Below, one piece after another: positions 49,400 to 59,342 of a stretch of DNA of 64,000 nucleotides. The notes under the pieces are model-generated. The model saw only the letters and a list, made by a program, of their open reading frames with translations. It made no database searches and had not been told where the DNA came from. The translations under genes and the position numbers were made by a program. The DNA comes from Gloeobacterales cyanobacterium. Its GTDB lineage: Bacteria; Cyanobacteriota; Cyanobacteriia; Gloeobacterales; PMM-0068. The number at the start of each line of letters is the position of its first letter. The first letter of the stretch is position 1. Where the stretch lies: contig JBBRSB010000014.1 in assembly GCA_038245785.1 (NCBI GenBank), forward strand, positions 38,728 to 102,727, in the 5' to 3' direction.

Positions 49400-50980
49400 T
49401 CATTTGGGCCAGGTAAATCGGAAGGTGGCTCCCTTCCCTATCTGGGACTCCAGATGAATCACACCTCCCTCTGCCTCAACGATTTTTTTGACAATAGATA
49501 GGCCGATCCCTGTACTCTCTTGTGAGTCACAGGTTTTTATGGTCTGGAAGATGGTAAAAATCTTGTCGTGGTACTCAGGGGCAATGCCAGGACCATCATC
49601 TGATATAGAAAACTCATAATACTCTGGCTGTTCTTGCACAGAAACTTTAACGCAACCATCAGGCCGATCATGGTGCTTAATCGCGTTACTAATTAGGTTG
49701 GCGAATACTTGCCCTAAGAGCAGCGGTTTGGTTTTCAGAATCGGCATTGGTGGCTCGATTTGGACCGTAAACGGAGGCAGAGGATCTAGAGAGTCAATCA
49801 CTTCTGTCAATAAATCCATGACCACGACCTTTTCTATCGCTACTTTTATCCGTCCTGCGCGGGAATATTCCAGTAGACCATCAATCATCGCGCCCATACG
49901 CTGGACGCGTGTACGCAGCAGTTGCAATTGCAGTTGATTATCAGGCGGCAGTTGGCCTTCGAGATCGGATTCAATCCACTCAGAAAGATTAGCAATGGCG
50001 CGCAGGGGAGCTTTCAAGTCATGGGAGACTACATAAACAAATTGGTCCAGTTCCTGGTTCCTTTGCTCCAAGTTGGCTGCCGATTGGGCTAAAAGCATAT
50101 TCAGTCCAGCCAATTCACGGGCGCGATCTTGGAGCTCCAATTGTGCCTGTCTACTTTCGGCTTCAATGCGCTTGCGTTCACCAATGTCTTCAATCACTGA
50201 AATAAAGTATTTCGGGGCTCCAATCGCTAAGTCAGAATGCCCTGGCCCAGCTGATTCTTGACGTACGAGGGCAACAGTTAATTTAACCCAAACGGTGAAT
50301 CCCTCTTTATGGATGTAGCGCTTTTCCATGGAATAGGTGTGAATCTTACCTGCCAGCAATTGGTTGACATACTCCAGATCGGTTTCTAGGTCGTCAGGAT
50401 GAGTAATATCTTGAAAAGTTCTTTCCAGGATTTCTTCGGAAGTGTAGCCAACAATTTCGTGGAGCTTTTGGTTGATGCATAGCCAACGACCATCTAAGCC
50501 AACATGGGCAATGCCCACCGCCGCTTGTTCAAAGGTGGCACGGAATCGCTCTTCACTTTCTTGTAATGCCTGCTCTGCCTGTTTATGCTTCGTAACATCC
50601 GTGACGATGCCCAACATTCGCACCGGATGGCCTTCTTCGTCATAGTGGAAACGGCCCAAGGCACTGATCCAGTGAATACTGACATCTGGCCAGATGATGC
50701 GGTACTGGATTGCTAATTCTTCATGAAGGTCTCTTGCTCTATGGGTAGCTTGATGGATCCATTCAAGGTCTTCCGGATGAACTCGACGCTCCCAATCCAA
50801 GTAATTACGTTCTGGAGTTCCTGGTTCGTAGCCAAAGATAGCTTCGTGGTAAGGATTCCAGAGCATTTTGTTGGTGATGAGGTCCAAATCCCACCATCCC
50901 ATTCTTGCCGCATCTAAGGCCAAGGTCAGATGCTCTGTGTTGTCGATGTTCACAGCCACAGGCTCACGAATTTGAATCAT
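49400..50980 (-). CDS. Cytoplasmic PAS-PAS histidine kinase
   Basis: Two PAS/PAC domains; VSHDLKAPLRAI H-box; NLISNAIKH, DDGPGI, TGIGLSIVKK. Confidence 0.92.
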   Translation of the reverse strand: MIQIREPVAVNIDNTEHLTLALDAARMGWWDLDLITNKMLWNPYHEAIFGYEPGTPERNYLDWERRVHPEDLEWIHQATHRARDLHEELAIQYRIIWPDVSIHWISALGRFHYDEEGHPVRMLGIVTDVTKHKQAEQALQESEERFRATFEQAAVGIAHVGLDGRWLCINQKLHEIVGYTSEEILERTFQDITHPDDLETDLEYVNQLLAGKIHTYSMEKRYIHKEGFTVWVKLTVALVRQESAGPGHSDLAIGAPKYFISVIEDIGERKRIEAESRQAQLELQDRARELAGLNMLLAQSAANLEQRNQELDQFVYVVSHDLKAPLRAIANLSEWIESDLEGQLPPDNQLQLQLLRTRVQRMGAMIDGLLEYSRAGRIKVAIEKVVVMDLLTEVIDSLDPLPPFTVQIEPPMPILKTKPLLLGQVFANLISNAIKHHDRPDGCVKVSVQEQPEYYEFSISDDGPGIAPEYHDKIFTIFQTIKTCDSQESTGIGLSIVKKIVEAEGGVIHLESQIGKGATFRFTWPK

Positions 50981-51340
50981 CTTTCATACTCTCTACTCTA
51001 CTGTTCCCTGATCTCCACTGATAAAAATCAGGGAGTAGGCTACTGCACACGAGAAGGAGACGCTTCTGCGTCCGGATGCTGTCCTGCTCTAAAATCAGTG
51101 AGTTCATACTTAGGTAGCGTAAGCCTATGCACCGAATGGCACAGCCTATTTCTATACCATAAGGCAAATTTCCTTGTAGTCTGCCTCTTTGTAACTAGTC
51201 CACCGAATAAAGCAATTTTTCTATATCTTGATTGATAATTTTTGGATGTCAATAGCAAAAAGAAGGCTTATGTACTATACTTAGCCTTCTTCTTTGCATA
51301 TGACAAAAATTGACAAAAATCGCTGAATCGTGAGCTTAGT

Positions 51341-51523
51341 TTAGTCAATAGCTTTCTTTATTTCATCCTTTGCGTCTTCTATCTTATTCTGAACTTTAGC
51401 TTCACCTTGCTTAATTTTTCCTTCAGCCTTAGCCTTAGGATTATCAGTCACGTTACCGACTGCTTCTTGGATTTTCCCTTCAATATCTTTAGCAGTCGCT
51501 TTAGCGCGATCTTTGAGGCTCAT
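51341..51523 (-). CDS. CsbD family stress protein
   Basis: DRAKATAKDIEGKIQEAVGNVTDNPK.KAEGK.KQ.EA; AGGAG RBS. Confidence 0.9.
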   Translation of the reverse strand: MSLKDRAKATAKDIEGKIQEAVGNVTDNPKAKAEGKIKQGEAKVQNKIEDAKDEIKKAID

Positions 51524-51572
51524 AAGTACTCCTTATTGCAATGTGCTTATTGCAACATATTTTACTACTGTG

Positions 51573-51616
51573 AGCGTACCGCGTTTTTTTTGCTAGCTCA
51601 TATACCCAAAGATAGA
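51573..51616 (-). promoter_or_regulatory. Stress-cluster promoter of csbD copy 1
   Basis: TATACC-caaa-GATAGA at 51601-51616; TACGCT 22 nt downstream on the minus strand. Confidence 0.65.
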
Positions 51617-51740
51617 GCTAAAACTGAGTCAGTTATGCTAATAAATAATGTTCGGAAGTAAATAGCAAAAAGAAGGCTTGGTACAATACGCAAACCTCCT
51701 TCTATGTATATAGCGAAGAGAGATTAACTGCGAACTTGGT

Positions 51741-51923
51741 CTAGTCGATGGCTTTCTTTACTTCGTCTTTTGCATCTTCGACCTTATTGCGGACCTTAGC
51801 TTCGCCTTGCTTTGCTCTTCCTTCAGCCTGATCTTTAGGATTATCAGTCACGTTACCAACCGTTTCTTGCACTTTTCCTTCAACATCTTTAGCGGTCGCT
51901 TTAGCACGATCTTTCAGGCTCAT
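51741..51923 (-). CDS. CsbD family stress protein (tandem duplicate)
   Basis: Near-identical to the adjacent copy; RBS, promoter and terminator region also duplicated. Confidence 0.9.
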   Translation of the reverse strand: MSLKDRAKATAKDVEGKVQETVGNVTDNPKDQAEGRAKQGEAKVRNKVEDAKDEVKKAID

Positions 51924-51958
51924 AAGTACTCCTTGTCGCAATATGCTCAACTAATAAG

Positions 51959-52025
51959 AGTTTATGGCGTTTTTTTTGTCCGCTCATGTACCCAATGATT
52001 GATTCTTCTTATGCCAAAAGATAGA
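51959..52025 (-). promoter_or_regulatory. Stress-cluster promoter of csbD copy 2 with two palindromic sites
   Basis: TGTACC-caat-GATTGA (51987-52002) with TAAACT 22 nt downstream; second site TATGCC-aaaa-GATAGA (52010-52025). Confidence 0.65.
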
Positions 52026-52137
52026 GCTGAAGCTAAGTAAGCCACGATACCAAACATTTTTAGATCTTATGATTAAGTCCAAATGGCAGGACTAACCTCG
52101 AAAGATTTCAAACATAGTATTACCAAAGGGGACCATA

Positions 52138-52926
52138 ATGCGCCTGACTGCTGGTTGTAAAATTTCTTTTGAGGCTAATGAGCCGATCCCCATGATTTTC
52201 ATGCTTAGACCGCGCAGTGGTCTTGGGCAGTGGATCTCGCGGGAGGAATATGTAATAGAACCGAATGTACCCGTGATTGAATATAGCGATAGTTATGGTA
52301 ATTTTTGCCAGCGGCTCGTAATACCACAAGGCTTCTTTAACCTCCAGATGAGTGTTTGCGCCGAAACAGCCGATGAGATTGACCTCCAATTTGATGCTCC
52401 CCTCGCATCTGTGCAAAACTTACCGGACAGCGTGCTGCAATTCCTCTTGCCTAGCCGCTATTGTCCTTCTGATCAAATGAACGCGCTTGCCAAACAAATT
52501 GTATCGGGTATCACACTAGGCTATGCGCAGGTTGAGGCGATCAGGAGTTGGATTCAGTTAAATGTGGAATATCGCTACGGTACCAGTGATAGTTCAACTT
52601 CAGCCATGGAAACAGCGACAAAGCGGGTAGGCGTTTGTCGAGATTTTACCCATTTGGGGATTGCCCTGTGCCGTAGCTTGAACATTCCGGCACGCATGGT
52701 GGTGGGCTATCTCTATCAACTGGAGCCCATGGATCTGCACGCTTGGTTTGAAGCTTTTGTCGGTGACCGCTGGTATACCTTTGATGCAACGCAGCAGCAG
52801 CCAAGAGGAAATCGCATTGCAATCGCCTATGGTCGAGATGCTGCTGATGTAGCGCTCACAACTCAATTTGGTCCCGCGAACCTAATCGACATGAAAGTCT
52901 GGGTTAAGGCTGATATAGCTACTTGA
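52138..52926 (+). CDS. Transglutaminase-like protein
   Basis: FLLPSRYCPSD, GVCRDFTHL, DLHAWFE, YTFDAT, GRDAADV. Confidence 0.9.
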   Translation: MRLTAGCKISFEANEPIPMIFMLRPRSGLGQWISREEYVIEPNVPVIEYSDSYGNFCQRLVIPQGFFNLQMSVCAETADEIDLQFDAPLASVQNLPDSVLQFLLPSRYCPSDQMNALAKQIVSGITLGYAQVEAIRSWIQLNVEYRYGTSDSSTSAMETATKRVGVCRDFTHLGIALCRSLNIPARMVVGYLYQLEPMDLHAWFEAFVGDRWYTFDATQQQPRGNRIAIAYGRDAADVALTTQFGPANLIDMKVWVKADIAT

Positions 52927-52990
52927 GCATTAGGCATTCGTAATTCTACTGAGATCTAAAACTATCTCTATGCCCTTTGAAAATGACAGT

Positions 52991-53034
52991 TCTTTCTTGA
53001 GACAGAGGGAAAGCCTTTGTACAAAAAATAAAGT
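52991..53034 (+). promoter_or_regulatory. Stress-cluster promoter of the general stress protein
   Basis: TCTTTC-ttga-GACAGA at 52991-53006; TAAAGT at 53029-53034 (22-nt spacer). Confidence 0.65.
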
Positions 53035-53066
53035 GTTGATGGTGCTATTAATCAAAGGATTGAACT

Positions 53067-53801
53067 ATGGCGATAAACGAATTTAAGCGTTCTGTAGGTA
53101 CATTCTCTACCAAGAGTGAAGTAGAGAGTGCACTTACGCAACTCCGCCAAGCTGGTTTCGATATGGATGATGTACACGTGCTCGTGAAGAATGAAGACAA
53201 CGAGCCTGACCAGATAGCTGGAGTTGATGTCAAGGACAAGGTTGGTAACCAGGCAGGTAAGGGTGCGGCTTCCGGAGCAGCAACCGGTGGAGCTATTGGT
53301 GGCATAACTGGTCTGCTCGTTGGTCTGGGTGCAATAGCAATTCCTGGCGTCGCTCCAGTGCTAGCATTAGGAGCTGCGGGTACGGCAGTTGCCACAGCGC
53401 TCACAGGTGGTGCCATTGGTGCAGCAGCTGGTGGGCTCGTAGGTGCGTTAGTAGGTTTGGGCATTCCGAAGGAACGGGCGGAAGTCTATGAGGGTGTTCT
53501 CCGCCAGGGCGGGTATGTAGTGATGCTTGACGGTACCCAAGAGGAACTAAATCAAGCACACGCTATTCTCCAAACTGGTAATGTCGGCAACTACGGTGTT
53601 TATGATGCACCCGCAGGTACTTATCGGGAGCGTCCCCAAAACTACATGACTACCGAAGAGCGCAGACGCAATCTAGGTCAGACTGCAAAAGGTCAAGTTC
53701 AAGAGGCATGGGGCCGGGCAACAGGCGACCCTGTAGATGAAGCGGAAGGCAGAGCCAAAAAGCAGCAGGCGGATACTGAAAGACGCACGGCTGACTATTA
53801 G
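53067..53801 (+). CDS. General stress protein (YflT-like, glycine zipper) with C-terminal CsbD-like domain
   Basis: VGTF...VESALTQLRQAGF; GAATGGAIGG..GLLVGLGAIAIPGV.PV; tail AKGQVQEAWGRATGDPVDEAEGRAKK. Confidence 0.85.
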   Translation: MAINEFKRSVGTFSTKSEVESALTQLRQAGFDMDDVHVLVKNEDNEPDQIAGVDVKDKVGNQAGKGAASGAATGGAIGGITGLLVGLGAIAIPGVAPVLALGAAGTAVATALTGGAIGAAAGGLVGALVGLGIPKERAEVYEGVLRQGGYVVMLDGTQEELNQAHAILQTGNVGNYGVYDAPAGTYRERPQNYMTTEERRRNLGQTAKGQVQEAWGRATGDPVDEAEGRAKKQQADTERRTADY

Positions 53802-53854
53802 ATGTTGTAAAGGTTCATTCCGCATCAGTAGTTCAATTTAAATTTCTGACATAG

Positions 53855-53896
53855 CTGCCAATCCCTCACTAAGAGGCTGATTGGCAGTTTTCTTTT
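53855..53896 (+). terminator. Rho-independent terminator
   Basis: CTGCCAATC-CCTC..GAGG-GATTGGCAG stem followed by TTTTCTTTT. Confidence 0.7.
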
Positions 53897-54178
53897 GTTT
53901 ATTCCAATACTCGTACGCGACTTAGGATACACACCTATTGCTCTAGCGAAGCATCTATCCCAAGGTATAAGCCAAAAGTGAGATTTTGATAGTAAAATTC
54001 CAGTCTGTACGCTCATTGATACTCGTAGAACTGAAAGGTTTAAGAGAAGTAGAAGACTACCCGTTGGCAGTGAATGTTATATGGTTAAACGCCGTGGTTG
54101 GCTATGCTGTTTATAAAGCAGAGAGATTCTGAGATCATCTCCAAACTATATTCTTGTCTTTAGGATCAGCCAGCAGCT

Positions 54179-56530
54179 ATGGAAGTACTTCGGGTTCTGC
54201 ATCTTGAAGATAGTGCACTGGACGCCGAACGGGTCGCAGCCCAACTCGCTGAAAGTGGCCTCACCTGCAAAATTTTGAGGGTACAGACTCGATCAGATTT
54301 CCTGCAGGCCCTTCAGTCGGAGAGCTTCGATTTTATCCTGTCAGATTACTCACTGTTTAGTATTGACGAGCCGAACTTTGACGGTTTGGCAGCACTCAAG
54401 CTTACTCGTAGTCTGTCTTCTGAGATTCCCTTCCTCTTTGTCACTGGTTCCCTAGGAGAAGAGCTGGCTATCGAGACCATCAAATTAGGCGCTACCGACT
54501 ATGTCTTAAAACATCGGCTGAGCCGATTGGACACAGCAGTTCTACGTGCTCTACGCAAGACCAAAGAGCGTAATGAGCACAAGCGAGCGGAAGAGGCGTT
54601 GCGCAGGAGCGAAGAGACAGCTCGCCGACAACTGGCAGAGCTTGAAGCTGTGTATGCGGCTGTTCCCGTAGGACTAGGCTTTCTGGATAAAGACTTGAGA
54701 TTCGTCCGTGTCAATGAATGTCTCGCTGAGATCAATGGGGTGCCGGTATCGGAGCATATTGGGCGAACTCTGTCAGAGGTCCTTCCTCCTGGACCTAATC
54801 AAGGCGACACCGTAGAACCGCTCTATTGGCAAGTGCTCCAGTCACGATTGCCGCTTGTAAATCACGAGGCTAAAGGCACAACCAAAGCGCAGCCGGGCAT
54901 CCAGCGAGATTGGCTGCTCAACTACTACCCGCTGCTCGATAGCGATGGCCAGGTATTGGGTCTCAATGTGATGGTGCAGGAGACCACGGAGCAGAAACGG
55001 TCAGAGGAAGCGCTCAAAAACAGCGAAGAGCGATTGAAGCTGGCGCTGGAAGTATCTCAGCTAGGCACGTGGTACCGGGATCTTGAAAAGAATGCCATTA
55101 TTTGGGACAAGCAGTGTAAGGCCCTATTTGGACTGCCGCCAGAAACGCAAATGACCTACGAAGTCTTCTCGGAAGCACTTCATCCAGAAGACCGTGATCG
55201 TGTGCATCAGGCCCTGAACCAGTCCATTCAAAATCGGACAAGATACAACGCCGAATATCGTACTTTATGGCCCGATGGCACCATCCGCTGGATTATTTCA
55301 CTAGGACGTTGTACCTATGACACTGAAGGCAAAGCCGTTCGCATGATGGGGGTAGCGTTCGACATCACAGAGCGCAAACGATCCGAAGAAGCGCTCAAAA
55401 ACGGCGAAGAGCGATTGAAGTTAGCACTAGAAGCATCCCAGCTGGGTATGTGGTATTGGGATCTTGAAAATGATGTCCTCAGTTGGGACAAACAGTGCAA
55501 GGCCCTATTTGGACTGTCGCCAGAAACGCAAGTGACCTATGCAGTCTTCTCGAAAGCACTTTATCCAGAGGACCGTGAACGTACGCATCAAGCAGTCAGC
55601 CAGTCCATCCATGATCGGATAAGATACAACACCGAATATCGAACCTTATGGCCCGATGGCACCATCCGCTGGATTACTTCACTGGGACGTTGTACCTATG
55701 ACGATGCAGGTAGAGCTATTCGGATGATGGGAGTAGCGCTCGATATCACGGAGCGCAAACGATCTGAAGAAGCACTGCTCGAAAGTGAAGAGCGCTATCG
55801 CCAGCGCGCAGAGGAGTTGGACCGACTTACCTACGAACTCACCAGAGCCACGGACTACCTTGAACGGCGTAATTCTGAATTAGACCAATTCGCCTATGCT
55901 GTTTCCCACGACCTCAAGGCTCCATTACGGGCGATTAACAACCTTTCGACGTGGATTGAAGAGGATCTAGAGGACAGGCTTGATGAGGAAACAGCTGGTC
56001 AGATGGCCCTGCTACGCAAACGGGTTTGTCGTATGGAGCAGATGATCGATGGCCTTTTAGACTACTCGCGCATAGGACGGGTAGCCATGATTTCGGAAAA
56101 AGTGGCAGTCAAGGAATTACTGACAGAGGTGATTGATGCCCTTTCTCCTCCACCTGACTTTACGATCGAGCTGTCCCCTAACCTTCCTGTTTTGGTAACC
56201 GAACGGCTATGGCTCCAACAGGTATTCAGCAATCTCATCGGCAACGCTATCAAACATCATGATCGTTTAGAAGGTCATGTCTGGGTGGATGTTCAAGACC
56301 AGGGTAACTTTTACCAATTTGCGGTGAGGGATGATGGTCCAGGCATTGAGCCGGCCTACCACCACAAGGTATTCGTTATTTTCCAGACATTGCAGGCGCG
56401 TGATAAGACCGAGAGTACGGGCATTGGTCTATCACTGGTCAAAAGCATCGTGGAGAACAAAGGGGGAAACGTGCAGATAGAATCAGCCCGTGACCGAGGA
56501 ACGACCTTCCTTTTTAGCTGGCCAAAGTGA
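54179..56530 (+). CDS. Hybrid histidine kinase REC-PAS-PAS-PAS-HisKA-HATPase
   Basis: LHLEDS..ILSDY..GATDYVLK receiver; PAS_4-like domain plus two duplicated PAS_3; SHDLKAPLRAI. Confidence 0.92.
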   Translation: MEVLRVLHLEDSALDAERVAAQLAESGLTCKILRVQTRSDFLQALQSESFDFILSDYSLFSIDEPNFDGLAALKLTRSLSSEIPFLFVTGSLGEELAIETIKLGATDYVLKHRLSRLDTAVLRALRKTKERNEHKRAEEALRRSEETARRQLAELEAVYAAVPVGLGFLDKDLRFVRVNECLAEINGVPVSEHIGRTLSEVLPPGPNQGDTVEPLYWQVLQSRLPLVNHEAKGTTKAQPGIQRDWLLNYYPLLDSDGQVLGLNVMVQETTEQKRSEEALKNSEERLKLALEVSQLGTWYRDLEKNAIIWDKQCKALFGLPPETQMTYEVFSEALHPEDRDRVHQALNQSIQNRTRYNAEYRTLWPDGTIRWIISLGRCTYDTEGKAVRMMGVAFDITERKRSEEALKNGEERLKLALEASQLGMWYWDLENDVLSWDKQCKALFGLSPETQVTYAVFSKALYPEDRERTHQAVSQSIHDRIRYNTEYRTLWPDGTIRWITSLGRCTYDDAGRAIRMMGVALDITERKRSEEALLESEERYRQRAEELDRLTYELTRATDYLERRNSELDQFAYAVSHDLKAPLRAINNLSTWIEEDLEDRLDEETAGQMALLRKRVCRMEQMIDGLLDYSRIGRVAMISEKVAVKELLTEVIDALSPPPDFTIELSPNLPVLVTERLWLQQVFSNLIGNAIKHHDRLEGHVWVDVQDQGNFYQFAVRDDGPGIEPAYHHKVFVIFQTLQARDKTESTGIGLSLVKSIVENKGGNVQIESARDRGTTFLFSWPK

Positions 56531-56553
56531 ATGAGTTGAATAGCCTAACTTTT

Positions 56554-56886
56554 GAAACCCCTCAGTCCCTCCGGGACAGCTCCCCACCCTTCGGGAAGGC
56601 TTCGCCTACGAAGGGGAGCCTGGGTCTTTTGAGGGGAGAAAGCCGCAGGTGCGCCAGAAAGGAGGGAGAGGCCCAAGTCTACAATGCTCACCGCACCGTA
56701 CGCTTGGAAAGTGTAGGCATGAGAGTGGTCCGTTGTAGCCATGAGGGTATGATCTGCCTAGGGCTTTGGCAGCGTCTGTAGCCAAATCCAAACCATCCTT
56801 CTGCTCCCAGAATAGGCTCGCTCCCCTTCGTAGGCGAAGCCTTCCCGAAGGGTGGGGAGCTGTCCCGGAGGGACTGAGGGGTTTTC
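56554..56886. repeat. REPIN-like element: two ~65-bp inverted REP arms around a conserved spacer
   Basis: GAAACCCCTCAGTCCCTCCGGGACAGCTCCCC...AAGGGGAGC at the left end and its reverse complement at the right end; homologous to 63606-63867. Confidence 0.85.
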
Positions 56887-57407
56887 TAATGGCTGTGACC
56901 TACTCCAGAGTCAGGATGTCCTGCCATCATATGCATGCGTGCGAGCAGTTTCTGACCTGCCTCCCGGCGTACTCCCGGCACCAGTTCAAGAGGACCACGC
57001 ACCAGATCATCATTGACATTGCGAGCTGTCAAGCCTTCGACCACGGCCTGATCCAGGTTGGCATCTTCCGAGAGCGCTGAGTAAACCACTCGCCCAATCC
57101 CAGCATAGGACATGGCCGAGAGGCACATCAGGCAGGGCTCCAACGTGACATAGACACATAAATCCGCTTTTTGCTCATCGTTCATCTCCGCAATCTGCTT
57201 TGCTACGGTGCGCAAAAGAGACATTTCCGCATGAGCCGTAATATCTCTGGTTTCCTCGTACATGTTGTGAACAAGTGCCATGACATGGCCCCGCCAAGTC
57301 ATCATGGCCCCGACCCCAGCTTTACCCTGATCCAGAGCAGCGTTGGCCTCCGCAATAACTTTATCGATGTACTCGTAATCCTGCGGCGTAGGAGATGTTG
57401 TGCTCAT
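56886..57407 (-). CDS. Nucleoside/nucleotide deaminase (TadA/CDA fold)
   Basis: AHAE and TLEPCLMC zinc motifs. Confidence 0.85.
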   Translation of the reverse strand: MSTTSPTPQDYEYIDKVIAEANAALDQGKAGVGAMMTWRGHVMALVHNMYEETRDITAHAEMSLLRTVAKQIAEMNDEQKADLCVYVTLEPCLMCLSAMSYAGIGRVVYSALSEDANLDQAVVEGLTARNVNDDLVRGPLELVPGVRREAGQKLLARMHMMAGHPDSGVGHSH

Positions 57408-57429
57408 AAAATTTTCCATTGATAGGCTA

Positions 57430-59079
57430 TTACAAAACCAGAACTTTCGCTTCGTATTCTGGTAGGTCAAGGACCAAGGTGTTGCCAGAAACCTCAACGT
57501 CATAGTTGCCGCTCCATTCGTGCCAGGTTCCATCGGCTGGTATATGGGGAATAGTGTAGTCTTTTAAGTAGTTGCCTGATAGGTTGGCAATCACCACCAC
57601 GCGGGAGCCTTCATCATTCCAGCGGGTATAAGCCAGAACTCGGTCATCAGCCTGTTCGTGGAAGAATTCGATATTTTCGGTGTACAAGGCATGGTTATTT
57701 TTTCGCAGGAATATGAGCCCCCGGTAATAATCATGCAAGCCCATGTTCTTATCATTTTCCAGTAGCGTCCAATCGATCTTGCTCTGTTCTGGGGTCTTAG
57801 CCTTATACTCTGCGAATTCCTCACCCATCCAGATCATGGGCACGCCCATGGCCGTCATCAGGAGAGCGGCTCCCAGTTTGGCTCGCTTGAAAGCTGCTTC
57901 ATCTAGGACTCCTCGTTCGCCCAGTTCATACATCAGGTGATTGTGATCATGGTTGGTGAGATAGTTGACCACGTTAGTGGTTCCCATATATCCTTCACGT
58001 TTGGCGTCCAGAGCACTTTTAAGCCGTTCAAGGTCAAACTGATCGTTGCACAGGTGATCAATCATCGCGCTGTAGAAGTTTTCATGCCATGCTCCATCCA
58101 TCGGTCCATCGGCATTAGTGATGGCTGGCTCCTGAGGAATGTGTTCGGCGATGTTATAAAAGGGTTTCATGCCCGCCGTCTTCTTGGCTTCCTGAACGAC
58201 CCAGTGCATGAAGTCATAGTTGCTGAGCTGGCGAGCAGCGTCATAGCGAATGCCATCCGTGTGATATTCCTCTATCCAGAAGCGCACCACATCTCCGATA
58301 AACCTACGGGCTGGATAGGTGTCAAACTTCTCATCATAGAACTCGTAGTTGAATTCTGGACCCCAGTTGTTATCGGGATCTTTGGGAGAATGGTGATACC
58401 AATAGTCATGATCGATTTGGGTGAGTGGGCTCTGAGACTCAGAGTGATTATAGATACCGTCCATCAGTACCCGGATGCCACGACCGTGGCACTCGTCAAT
58501 CAGTGCTTTCAGTTCTTCCGTGGTGCCGTAACTAGATTCTGTCGCAAAAAAATAGCGGGGGTTATATCCCCAGCTCTGGTCGCCAGGATATTCCTTAACA
58601 GGCATCAATTCGATACAGTTGATGCCTAACTCCACTAGATAATCGAGTTTTTCAACAACATGTTTGTATTTGCCACGGGCATAGGGGTCGTCTTCACCAC
58701 CCGAGAAGTCACCAACGTGCAGTTCATAGATAACCAACTCGTGGTCCGCAGGCAAAGGCTTGTCGTCATTCTTCCAAACATAGGTGTCAACGATACGCTC
58801 ACCGTCTTTAATGCGCATATTGCAGTTCTGCGTAGCGTCGTCAATATCCGTGGCATAGGGGTCATTCACTTCAACCCACTGATCAGGTTCAAAGAACCAA
58901 CTCTTTGACTGGACCTTGAACTTATAGGCATATAGCCCGTCTTTGAGTTCTACTTTGGTGCGGAAGAAGCCGTCCTTGCCTTTTTCCAAAGGAATTTCTT
59001 CCCAGTTAGAGAAAGAACCCACCAACGCTGCACTTTTGTTATAAGGGGCCCACAGTTTGAACTCGATCGACGCAACCAT
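57430..59079 (-). CDS. GH13 alpha-amylase family glycoside hydrolase with CBM48 (TreZ/GlgB-like)
   Basis: FKLWAP, IYELHVGDF, IELMPV, SWGYNP, YHTDGIRYDA, IAEH, TNHD. Confidence 0.9.
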   Translation of the reverse strand: MVASIEFKLWAPYNKSAALVGSFSNWEEIPLEKGKDGFFRTKVELKDGLYAYKFKVQSKSWFFEPDQWVEVNDPYATDIDDATQNCNMRIKDGERIVDTYVWKNDDKPLPADHELVIYELHVGDFSGGEDDPYARGKYKHVVEKLDYLVELGINCIELMPVKEYPGDQSWGYNPRYFFATESSYGTTEELKALIDECHGRGIRVLMDGIYNHSESQSPLTQIDHDYWYHHSPKDPDNNWGPEFNYEFYDEKFDTYPARRFIGDVVRFWIEEYHTDGIRYDAARQLSNYDFMHWVVQEAKKTAGMKPFYNIAEHIPQEPAITNADGPMDGAWHENFYSAMIDHLCNDQFDLERLKSALDAKREGYMGTTNVVNYLTNHDHNHLMYELGERGVLDEAAFKRAKLGAALLMTAMGVPMIWMGEEFAEYKAKTPEQSKIDWTLLENDKNMGLHDYYRGLIFLRKNNHALYTENIEFFHEQADDRVLAYTRWNDEGSRVVVIANLSGNYLKDYTIPHIPADGTWHEWSGNYDVEVSGNTLVLDLPEYEAKVLVL

Positions 59080-59126
59080 TACCCTAAACCTCCAATAACG
59101 ATGCTGACGGGGTAGTCCCTAAGGTC

Positions 59127-59170
59127 AATGTATAGCGTTGAAGCGCGAGCTGCCTCTATCTGGGGAAAGA
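59127..59170 (-). promoter_or_regulatory. Stress-cluster promoter of the GH13-deaminase operon
   Basis: TCTATC-tggg-GAAAGA at 59155-59170; TACATT 22 nt downstream on the minus strand. Confidence 0.65.
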
Positions 59171-59342
59171 TTTCTGGAGATTTTCAGCTTTTTTAGAAAT
59201 TGCTCACCTAATCACAGTCTTTTCGACTAGACCTCAGTAACTAATGCTCAAAGAGCAGATTCTCCTATGCAATTGCAGACACAGGAAAAAACGTCAGCAA
59301 GAGGCTTGCACCCCTAACTGACGGCACTAAATTAACAGCTTA

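Noticed and set aside
56527..57080. Short ORFs across the inverted repeat
   Set aside because: Products of the palindromic arms; the spacer frame is broken by a frameshift in one copy and a stop in the other.
57937..58629. 230-aa plus-strand ORF (likewise 19057-19587 and 28357-28809)
   Set aside because: Antisense shadow of well-supported genes.
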